Shown: one piece after another, positions 37,602-48,600 of the stretch
How positions within the stretch are numbered: position 1 is the first letter of the stretch
How the letters are laid out: each line of letters starts with the position of its first letter
Source of the DNA: Narcine bancroftii
Lineage: Eukaryota
NCBI RefSeq assembly: GCF_036971445.1
Contig: NC_091476.1
Span: 58,962,001 to 59,026,000 of the forward strand
Reading direction: 5' to 3'
DNA length: 64,000 nt
Program-made: the position numbers and the translations under genes
Notes under the pieces: generated by a model
Database searches by the model: none
Seen by the model: only the letters and a program-made list of their open reading frames with translations
What the model was told of the DNA's origin: nothing

Positions 37602-37617
37602 AAAAGAAAAGTGAGGA
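37602..37617 (+). other. Polypurine tract (plus-strand primer); second copy at 37499-37514
   Basis: AAAAGAAAAGTGAGGA immediately upstream of the 3' LTR. Confidence 0.85.
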
Positions 37618-37618
37618 T

Positions 37619-38307
37619 TGTGAGAGATGGGAAAATTGACCTAAAATTATGAACATGGAAGAAACTAAAGTTCATCAGTAAAATGGCTGAAACCAGTTCA
37701 AACAGGATAAGTTTGGGGCTTAGGATGCAGGAAAGCAGAGTCAGCACGATTAACATAAGAATCTTCTATCCTTTGTGACAAGACCATAGGACTAAGATAA
37801 GGAATGGTAAGGTACAATAGAATGTAGGAAGTTGAGGTAGTCTGGATCAGATAAGGGTCTCCTAGCCCTGGACAGAAGTACCAAGTCATACATTTCTAAT
37901 TAGCTAACCATACACAGATTTATACATATGAAATTAGCCAACCCTAGATAGAATGAGTCAACTCTGCATATCAAGAGACTGTAGCCCAGAGAATCAGGAA
38001 GGTGTGAATAAGGACAATGACATGATGGGGCACCCACAGGATACCCCCTGGTCCTCCAAGTGTACTGAAACTGCACGTAGGCAGGAAGAATTACCTATGC
38101 CAAACCCATCCAGGGGGCAGAAGAATGTAAGGGGGAGGGCATTCTGATACTGAAATTGACTGTATAAAAGTTGGGTGAGCCCCAGTATGTGTGTGTATTC
38201 CCAGGGTAAGGGGAAGCACCCAACTTTGCATTGTTGTAGTAATAAATGTTCTTTGTTCTCAATTTTTGTCTCGAGCAATTTCTTTAAAGGTACTTTAATT
38301 CCTAACA
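37619..38307 (+). repeat. 3' LTR (689 bp)
   Basis: Same sequence as 32743-33431. Spurious ORFs inside the two LTRs translate identically at offset 4876. Confidence 0.97.
38241..38246 (+). terminator. LTR polyadenylation signal (5' LTR copy 33365-33370)
   Basis: AATAAA followed by T/GT-rich downstream sequence. Confidence 0.75.
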
Positions 38308-39689
38308 CAGGCCCAGCATCAATAGTACTCCAGACCGTCTCACTAGTACTCCAGGCCCAGTCTCACTAGTATTCCAGGCCTATTTCACTCGCACTACATA
38401 TGAAGCCTCACCAGAACTCCAGGCCCAGCTTCACTAGTACTTCATACCCAGCATCAAGAGCAATCCAGGCCATTCTCACTAGTTCCCAGGCCCAGCCTCA
38501 CCAGTACTCCAGGCCAAGCTCCACTGTCCTTCAGGCCACGCTTCACCAGTACTCTAGTCCCAGCTCCCCTCATACTTCTGGCCAGCTACACTAAAATTCC
38601 AGGACTCGCCACACCAGTTTTCTAGACCCAGCTTCATTAGTACTCCAGTATCAGCCTCAGCAGAACTCCAGGCCTTTCCCCTCTAGTCATCCAGGCTCAC
38701 GCTCACCTGATCTCCAGTCCCAGCTTCACCAGTACACGTGACCCAGCCTCATTAGTGCTCCAGGCCTGGCCACTCTAGTACTATACGTCCAGCCTGACCA
38801 GTACTCAAGGCGCAGCATTACAAATCCTCCAGAACAAACATCAAAAGTACACTAGGCATAGATTCATTAGATCTTCAGGCACGGCGTCAGCAGTAGTCCA
38901 GGCTCTGCATAAGTAGTACACCAAGCCCAGTCCCACGAGTACTCCTGGTGAGGCCTCCCCGGTGCTCCTGGCATGGCCTCGCCGGTGCTCCTGGCCCGGC
39001 CTCCCCGGTGCCCCTGGCCCGGCCTCCCCGGTGCCCCTGGCCCGGCCTCCCCGGTGCTCCTGGCCCGGCCTCCACGTTTCTCCTGGCCCGGCCTCTACGG
39101 TGCTACTGGCCCGGCCTCCCCGGTGCTCCTGGCCCGGCCTCCACGGTGCTCCTGGCCCGGCCTCCCCGGTGCTCCTGGTTCGGCCTCCCTGGTACTCCTG
39201 GCCCAACCTCCCCAGCACTTCAGGACCAGTCTCCCCAGTACTCCAGGCCCAGCCACCCCAGTATTCCAGGCCCAGCCTCACCAGTACTACAGGCCCAGCC
39301 TTCCCAGTACTCCAGGTCCAGCCTCACCAGAACTCCTGGCCCAGCTTCACCAGTACTCCAGTACTCCAGGCCCAGCCTCAACAATAATCCAAGCCCAGCC
39401 TCACCAGAACTCCCGCGCGAGCCTCACCAGTACTCCAGGCCCAGCCATCACCAGTACTTCAGGTCCAGCCTCACCAGTAATCCAGGACCAGCCTCAGCAG
39501 TACTCCAGGACAAACCTCACCAGTACTCCAGGCCCAGCCTCACCAATACTCAAGGCCCAGCCTCCCCAGTATTACAGACGCAGCCTCACAAGTACTCCAG
39601 TCCCAGCCTCACCAGTAGTCCTGGCCCAGCCTCACCAGTAGTCCAGGCGCAGCCTCCACAGGACTCCAGGCCCAGGGTCACCAGCACTC

Positions 39690-42600
39690 CAGACCCAGCC
39701 TTCCCAGTACTCCAGGCCCAGCCGCCCCAGTAGTCCAGACCTAGCCTCACCAGTACTCCTGGTCGAGCCTCACCAGTGCTCCAGGCCCAGCCTCGCCAGT
39801 ACTCAAGGCTCAGCCTACCTTGTCCACCAGGCCCATCTTCACCAGTACTCCAGGCCCAGCCTCACCAGAACTCCAGGCCCAGCCTCACCAGTACTCCAGG
39901 CCCAGCCTTGCCAGTAATCCAGGCCCAGCCTCACCGGTACTCCTAGGCCTGCCTCTCCAGTTCTCTAGGGCCAGCTTCACAAGTACTCCAGGCCCAGCCT
40001 CCCCAGTACTCCAGGCTCAGCCTCCCTTGTCCACCAGGCCAATCTTCACCAGTACTCCAGGCCCAGCCTCACCAGTACACCAGGCCCAGCCTCAACAGTA
40101 CTCCAGACCTAGCCTCACCAGTACTCCTGGTCCATCCTCACCAGTACTCCAGGCCCATCCTCCCCAGTACTCCAGGCTCAGCCTCCCTTGTCCACCAGGC
40201 CCATCTATACCAGTACTCCAGTGCGAGCCTCACCAGTACTCCAGGCCCAGCCTCACCAGTACTCCAGGCCCAGCCTTGCCAGTAATCCAGGCCCAGCCTC
40301 ACCAGTACTCCAGGGCCAGCCTCACGAATTCTCTAGGGCCAGCTTCACAAGTACTCCAGGTCCAGCCTCACCAGTACTCCAGGTCAAGCCTCACCAGTAA
40401 TCCAGGCCCAGCCTCACCAGTACTCCATGTCCAGCCTCACCAGTACTCCAGGTCAAGCCTCACCAATACTCCAGGCCCAGCCTCACCAGTACTCCAGGCC
40501 CAGACTCACCAGTACTTCAGGCCCAGCCTCACCAGTACTCCAGGCCCAGGCTCCCCAGTATTCCAGGTGCAGCCTCACCAGTACTCCAGGCCCAGACTCA
40601 CCAGTACTCCTGGCCCAGCCTCACCAGTACTCCAGGCCCAGCCTCCCCAGTACTCCAGGACCAGCGTCACCAGCGCTCCAGGCCCAGCCTCCCCAGTATT
40701 CCAGGCCCAGCTTCACCAGTACTCCAGGCCCAGCCTCACCAGTACTCCAGGCCCAGCCTCACCAGTACACCAGGCCCAGCCTCACCATTACTCCAGGCCT
40801 ATTTCACTCGCTCTCCATGTGAAGCCTCCCCAGCACTCCAGGCCCAGCCTCCCCAGCACTCCTGTGCCAGCCTCCACAGGACTCCAGGCCCAGCCTTCCC
40901 AGCACTCCAGGCCCAGCCTCCCCAGCACTCCAGGTCCCGCCTACCCAGTAATCCAGGCCCAGCCTCACCAGTACTCCAAACCCAGCCTCCCCTGTACTCC
41001 AGGCCCAACCTCACCAGGCCCGGCCTCACATGAACTCATGGCCCGGCCTCCCCTGTGCTCCTAGCGCGGCCTCGCCGGTGCTCCTGGCCTGGCCTCCCCG
41101 GTTCTCCTGTCCCGGCCTCCCCGATGCTCCTGGCCCGTTCTCCCCAGTGCTCCTGGCCCGGCCTCGCCGGTGCTCCTGGACCGCCCTCCCCAGTGCTCCT
41201 GGCCCGGCCTACCCGGTGCTCCTGGCCCGGCCTCTTCGGTACTCCTGGCCCAGCATCACCAGTACTCCAGGCCCAGCCTCACCAGTACTCCTGGCCCAGC
41301 CTCACAAGTACTCCAGGCCCAGCCTCACCAGTACTCCAGGCCCAGCATCACCAGTACTCCAGGCCCCGCCTCACCAGAACTCCAGCGCCAGCCTCCCCAG
41401 TACTCCAGGCCCAGCGTCACCAGCGCTCAAGGCCTATCCTCCCCAGTCTTCCAGGCCCAGCCTCACCAGTACTCCAGGCCCAGCCTCACCAGTACTCCTG
41501 GCCCAGCCTCACCAGTACTCCAGGCCCAGCCTCACCAGTACTCCTGGTCCAGCCTCGCCAGTGCTCCTGGCCCGGCCTCCCCGCTGCTCCTAGCGCGGCC
41601 TTGCCGTTGCTCCTGGCCCAGACTCGCCGGTGCTCCTTGCCCGGCCTCCCCGCTGCTCCTGACCCGGCCTCGCCGGTCCTGCAGGCGTGGCCTCCCCGGT
41701 GCACCTGGCCCGGCCTCCCCGGTGCTCCTGGCCCGGCCTCTTCGGTACTCCTGGCCCAGCATCACCAGTACTCCAGGCCCAGCCTCACCAGTACTCCTGG
41801 CCCAGCCTCACAAGTACTCCAGGCCCAGCCTCACCAGTACTCCAGGCCCAGCATCACCAGTACTCCAGGCCCCGCCTCACCAGAACTCCAGCGCCAGCCT
41901 CCCCAGTCTTCCAGGCCCAGCCTCACCAGTACTCCAGGCCCAGCCTCACCAGTACTCCTGGCCCAGCCTCACCAGTACTCCAGGCCCAGCCTCACCAGTA
42001 CTCCAGGCCCAGCCTCACCAGTTCTCCAGGCCCGGCCTCACATGAACTCATGGCCCGGCCTCCTCGGTGCTCCTAGCACGGCCTCGCCGGTGCTCCTGGC
42101 CCAGCCTCTCCGGTATTCCTGGCCCGGACTCCCCGCTGCTCCTGGCCCGGCCTCGCCGGTGCTCCTGGCCTGGCCCCCCCCGGTGCTCCTGTCCCGGCCT
42201 CGCCGGTGCTCCTGGCCCAGCCTCTCCAGTACTCCAGGCTCAGCCTCCCTTGTCCACCAGGCCCATCCTCACCAGTACTCCAGGCCCAGCCTCACCAGTA
42301 CTCCAGGCCCAGCCTCCCCAGTACTCCAGGCTTAGCCTCCCCAGTACTCCAGGCTCAGCCTACCTTGTACACCAGGCCCATCTTCACCAGTACTCCAGGC
42401 CCAGCCTCACCAGTACTCCAAGCCCAGCCTCACCAGTACTCCAGGCCCAGCCTTGCCAGTAATCCAGGCCCAGCCTCACCAGTAATCCAGGCCCAGCCTC
42501 ACCAGTACTCCTGGGCCAGCCTCACCAGTTCTCTAGGGCCAGCTTCACAAGTACTCCAGGCCCAGCCTCCCCAGTACTCCAGGCTCAGCCTCCCTTGTCC

Positions 42601-45600
42601 ACCAGGCCCATCTTCAACAGTACTCCAGGCCCAGCCTCACCAGTACTCCAGGCCCAGCCTCACCAGTACTCCAGACCTAGCCTCACCAGTACTCCTGGTC
42701 CAGCCTCACCAGTACTCCATGCCCAGCCTCCCAAATACTCCAGGCTCAGCCTCCCTTGTCCACCAGGCCCATATATTACCAGTACTTCAGGCCCAGCCTC
42801 ACCAGTACTCCAGGCCCAGCCTCACCAGTACTCCAGGCCCAGCCTCCCCAGTATTCCAGGCGCAGCCTCACCAGTACTCCAGGCCCAGACTCACCAATAC
42901 TCCTGGCCCAGCCTCACCAGTACTCCAGGCCCAGCCTCCACAGTATTCCACGCCCAGCCTCACCCGTACTCCAGGCCCAGCCTCACCCGTACTCCTGGCC
43001 CAGCCTCACCAGTACTCCAGGCCCAGCCTCACCAGCACTCCAGGCACAGCATTACCAGTACTCCAGGCCCCGCCTCACCAGAACTCCAGCGCCAGCCTCA
43101 CCAGTACTCCAGGCCCAGCCTCACCAGTACATTAGGTCCAGCCTCACCAGTACTCCAGGACTATTTCACTCGTACCATGTGAAGCCTCCCCAGCACTCCA
43201 GGCCCAGCCTCCCCAGCACTCCAGGCCCAGCCTCCCCTGCACTCCAGTCCCAGCCTCCCCAGGACTCCAGGCCCAGCCTCCCCAGCACTCCAAACCCAGC
43301 CGCCCCAGCACTCCAGGTCCCGCGTACCCAGTACTCAAGGCCCAGCCTTCCTAGTACTCCAGGTCCAGCTTCACCAGTACTCCTGGCACATCCTCACCAG
43401 TTATCCAGGCCCAGCCTCACCAGTACTCCAGGCCCCGTCACCCCTGTACTCCAGTCCCAGCCACCCCAGGATTCCAGGCCCAGCCTTCCCAGTACTCCAG
43501 TTCCAGCTTCCCCAGTACTCCTGGCACTGCGTCACAAGTACTCCAGGCCCAGCCTCACCAGTACTCCAGGCCCAGCCTCCCCTGTACACCAGACCCAGCC
43601 TCACCAGTACTCCAGGCCCGGCCTCACATGAACTAATGGCCCGGCCTCCCCGGTGCAGATAGCGCGGCCTCGCCGTTGCTCCTGGCGCAGCCTCGCCGGT
43701 GCTCCTGGCCCGGCCTCCCCGCTTCTCCTGGACAGGCCTCGCCGGTCCTTCTGGCCTGGTCTCCCCGGTGCACCTGCCCAGCCTCCACAGTGCTCCTTGC
43801 CCGGCCTCTCCGGTGCTCCTGGCGGGTTCTCTACGGTGCTTCTGGCCCGGCCTCCCCGGTGCTCCTGGCCCTGCCTCGCCGGTGCTCCTGGCCCGGCCTC
43901 GCCTGTGCTCCTGGCCATGCCTCGGCGGTGCTCCTGGTGCGGCCTTCCCGTTGCTCCTGGCACGACCTCCCCAGCGCTGCAGGCCCGGCCTCCCCAGCAC
44001 TGCAGCCCACTCATCCCAGCACTCCAGGCCTAGCCTCCCCAGCACTACAGGTCCAGCCTCCCTAGTACTCCAGGCCCGGCCACCCCAGCACTCCAGACCC
44101 AGCCTTCCCAGTACTCCAGGCCCAGCCGCCCCAGTAGTCCAGACCTGGCCTCACCAGTACTCCTGGTCGAGCCTCACCAGTGCTCCAGGCCCAGCCTCCC
44201 CAGTACTCAGGGCTCAGCCTACCTTGTCCACCAGGCCCATCTTCACCAGTACTCCAGGCCCAGCCTCACCAGTACTCCAGGCCCAGCCTCACCAGGCCCA
44301 GCCTTGCCAGTAATCCAGGCCCAGCCTCACCAGTACTCCTGGTCCTGCCTCACCAGTTCTCTAGGGCCAGCTTCACAAGTACTCCAGGCCCAGCCTCCCC
44401 AGTACTCCAGGCTCAGCCTCCCTTGTCCACCAGGCCCATCTTCACCAGTACTCCAGGCCCAGCCTCACCAGTACTCCAGGCCCAGCCTCACCAGTACTCC
44501 AGACCTAGCCTCACCGGTACTCCTGGTCCAGCCTCACCAGTGCTCCAGACCTAGCCTCACCAGTACTCCAGGCCCAGCCTCACCAGTACTCCAGGCCCAG
44601 CCTCCCCAGTACTCCAGGCTCAGCCTCCCTTGTCCACCAGGCCCATCTATACCAGTACACCAGGCCGAGCATCACCAGTACTCCAGGCCCAGCCTCACCA
44701 GTACTCCAGGCCCAGCCTTGCCAGTAATCCAGGCCCAGCCTCACCAGTACTCCAGGGCCAGCCTCACGAATTCTCTAGGGCCAGCTTCACAAGTACTCCA
44801 GGTCCAGCCTCAGCAGTACTCCAGGTCAAGCCTCACCAGTACTCCAGGCCCAGCCTTACCAGTACTCCAGGCCCCGCCTCACCAGAACTCCAGCGCCAGC
44901 CTCACCAGTAATCGAGGCCAAGCCTCACCAGTACATTAGGTCCAGCGTCACCAGTACTCCAGGACTATTTCACTCGCACTCCATGTGAAGCCTCCCCAGC
45001 ACTCCAGGCCCAGCCTCCCCTGCACTCCAGTCCCAGCCTCCCCAGGACTCCAGGCCCAGCCTCCCCAGCACTCTAGGCCCAGCCTTCCCAGCACTCCAGT
45101 CCCAGCCACCACAGGATTCCAGGCCCAGCCTTCCCAGTACTCCAGTTCCAGCTTCCCCAGTAATCCTGGCACAGCGTCACCAGTACTCCAGGCCCAGCCT
45201 CACCAGTACTCCAGGCCCAGCCTCCCCTGTACTCCAGACCCAGCCTCACCAGTATTCCAGGCCAGGCCTCACATGAACTAATGGCCCAGCCTCCCCGGTG
45301 CAGATAGTGCGTCCTCGCCGTTGCTCCTGGTCCAGCCTCGCCAGTGCTCCTGGCCCGGCCTCCCCGCTGCTCCTGGCCCGGCCTCGCCGGTCCTTCTGGC
45401 CTGGTCTCCCCGGTGCACCTGGCCCCGCCTCCCCGGTGCTCCTTGCCCGGCCTCCCCGGTGCTCCTGGCCCGGCCTCCCCGGTGCTCCTGGCACGACCTC
45501 CCCAGCGCTGCAGGCCCGGACTCCCCAGCACTGCAGCCCACTCATCCCAGCACTCCAGACCCAGCCTTCCCAGTACTCCAGGCCCAGCCGCCCCAGTAGT

Positions 45601-48600
45601 CCAGACCTAGCCTCACCAGTACTCCTGGTCGAGCCTCACCAGTGCTCCAGGCCCAGCCTCGCCAGTACTCAAGGCTCAGCCTACCTTGTCCACCAGGCCC
45701 ATCTTCACCAGTACTCCAGGCCCAGCCTCACCAGAACTCCAGGCCCAGCCTCACCAGTACTCCAGGCCCAGCCTTGCCAGTAATCCAGGCCCAGCCTCAC
45801 CGGTACTCCTAGGCCTGCCTCTCCAGTTCTCTAGGGCCAGCTTCACAAGTACTCCAGGCCCAGCCTCCCCAGTACTCCAGGCTCAGCCTCCCTTGTCCAC
45901 CAGGCCCATCTTCACCAGTACTCCAGGCCCAGCCTCACCAGTACACCAGGCCCAGCCTCAACAGTACTCCAGACCTAGCCTCACCAGTACTCCTGGTCCA
46001 TCCTCACCAGTACTCCAGGCCCAGCCTCCCCAGTACTCCAGGCTCAGCCTCCCTTGTCCACCAGGCCCATCTATACCAGTACTCCAGTGCGAGCCTCACC
46101 AGAACTCCAGGCCCAGCCTCACCAGTACTCCAGGCCCAGCCTTGCCAGTAATCCAGGCCCAGCCTCACCAGTACTCCAGGGCCAGCCTCACGAATTCTCT
46201 AGGGCCAGCTTCACAAGTACTCCAGGTCCAGCCTCACCAGTACTCCAGGTCAAGCCTCACCAGTAATCCAGGCCCAGCCTCACCAGTACTCCATGTCCAG
46301 CCTCACCAGTACTCCAGGTCAAGCCTCACCAATACTCCAGGCCCAGCCTCACCAGTACTCCAGGCCCAGACTCACCAGTACTTCAGGCCCAGCCTCACCA
46401 GTACTCCAGGCCCAGGCTCCCCAGTATTCCAGGTGCAGCCTCAACAGTACTCCAGGCCCAGACTCACCAGTACTCCTGGCCCAGCCTCACCAGTACTCCA
46501 GGCCCAGCCTCCCCAGTACTCCAGGACCAGCGTCACCAGCGCTCCAGGCCCAGCCTCCCCAGTATTCCAGGCCCAGCTTCACCAGTACTCCAGGCCCAGC
46601 CTCACCAGTACTCCAGGCCCAGCCTCACCAGTACACCAGGCCCAGCCTCACCATTACTCCAGGCCTATTTCACTCGCTCTCCATGTGAAGCCTCCCCAGC
46701 ACTCCAGGCCCAGCCTCCCCAGCACTCCTGTGCCAGCCTCCCCAGGACTCCAGGCCCAGCCTTCCCAGCACTCCAGGCCCAGCCTCCCCAGCACTCCAGG
46801 TCCCGCCTACCCAGTAATCCAGGCCCAGCCTCACCAGTACTCCAAACCCAGCCTCCCCTGTACTCCAGGCACAACCTCACCAGGCCCGGCCTCACATGAA
46901 CTCATGGCCCGGCCTCCCCTGTGCTCCTAGCGCGGCCTCGCCGGTGCTCCTGGCCCAGCCTCGCAGGTATTCCTGGCCAGGACTCCCCGCTGCTCCTGGC
47001 CCGGCCTCGCCGTTGCTCCTGGCCTGGCCTCCCCGGTTCTCCTGTCCCGGCCTCCCCGATGCTCCTGGCCCGTTCTCCCCAGTGCTCCTGGCCCGGCCTC
47101 GCCGGTGCTCCTGGACCGCCCTCCCCAGTGCTCCTGGCCCGGCCTACCCGGTGCTCCTGGCCCGGCCTCTTCGGTACTCCTGGCCCAGCATCACCAGTAC
47201 TCCAGGCCCAGCCTCACCAGTACTCCTGGCCCAGCCTCACAAGTACTCCAGGCCCAGCCTCACCAGTACTCCAGGCCCAGCATCACCAGTACTCCAGGCC
47301 CCGCCTCACCAGAACTCCAGCGCCAGCCTCCCCAGTACTCCAGGCCCAGCGTCACCAGCGCTCAAGGCCTATCCTCCCCAGTCTTCCAGGCCCAGCCTCA
47401 CCAGTACTCCAGGCCCAGCCTCACCAGTACTCCTGGCCCAGCCTCACCAGTACTCCAGGCCCAGCCTCACCAGTACTCCTGGTCCAGCCTCGCCAGTGCT
47501 CCTGGCCCGGCCTCCCCGCTGCTCCTAGCGCGGCCTTGCCGTTGCTCCTGGCCCAGACTCGCCGGTGCTCCTTGCCCGGCCTCCCCGCTGCTCCTGACCC
47601 GGCCTCGCCGGTCCTGCAGGCGTGGCCTCCCCGGTACACCTGGCCCGGCCTCCCCGGTGCTCCTGGCCCGGCCTCTTCGGTACTCCTGGCCCAGCATCAC
47701 CAGTACTCCAGGCCCAGCCTCACCAGTACTCCTGGCCCAGCCTCACAAGTACTCCAGGCCCAGCCTCACCAGTACTCCAGGCCCAGCATCACCAGTACTC
47801 CAGGCCCCGCCTCACCAGAACTCCAGCGCCAGCCTCCCCAGTCTTCCAGGCCCAGCCTCACCAGTACTCCAGGCCCAGCCTCACCAGTACTCCTGGCCCA
47901 GCCTCACCAGTACTCCAGGCCCAGCCTCACCAGTACTCCAGGCCCAGCCTCACCAGTTCTCCAGGCCCGGCCTCACATGAACTCATGGCCCGGCCTCCTC
48001 GGTGCTCCTAGCACGGCCTCGCCGGTGCTCCTGGCCCAGCCTCTCCGGTATTCCTGGCCCGGACTCCCCGCTGCTCCTGGCCCGGCCTCGCCGGTGCTCC
48101 TGGCCTGGCCCCCCCCGGTGCTCCTGTCCCGGCCTCGCCGGTGCTCCTGGCCCAGCCTCTCCAGTACTCCAGGCTCAGCCTCCCTTGTCCACCAGGCCCA
48201 TCCTCACCAGTACTCCAGGCCCAGCCTCACCAGTACTCCAGGCCCAGCCTCCCCAGTACTCCAGGCTTAGCCTCCCCAGTACTCCAGGCTCAGCCTACCT
48301 TGTACACCAGGCCCATCTTCACCAGTACTCCAGGCCCAGCCTCACCAGTACTCCAAGCCCAGCCTCACCAGTACTCCAGGCCCAGCCTTGCCAGTAATCC
48401 AGGCCCAGCCTCACCAGTAATCCAGGCCCAGCCTCACCAGTACTCCTGGGCCAGCCTCACCAGTTCTCTAGGGCCAGCTTCACAAGTACTCCAGGCCCAG
48501 CCTCCCCAGTACTCCAGGCTCAGCCTCCCTTGTCCACCAGGCCCATCTTCAACAGTACTCCAGGCCCAGTCTCACCAGTACTCCAGGCCCAGCCTCACCA

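Larger units (their letters stand above)
32743..38307 (+). mobile_element. Non-autonomous class I (gamma/HERV-I-like) endogenous retrovirus provirus
   Basis: Paired TG...CA 689-bp LTRs, 5-bp TSD, PBS-Pro, splice donor, degenerate gag and PPT. No pol or env ORF in the ORF track. Confidence 0.95.
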
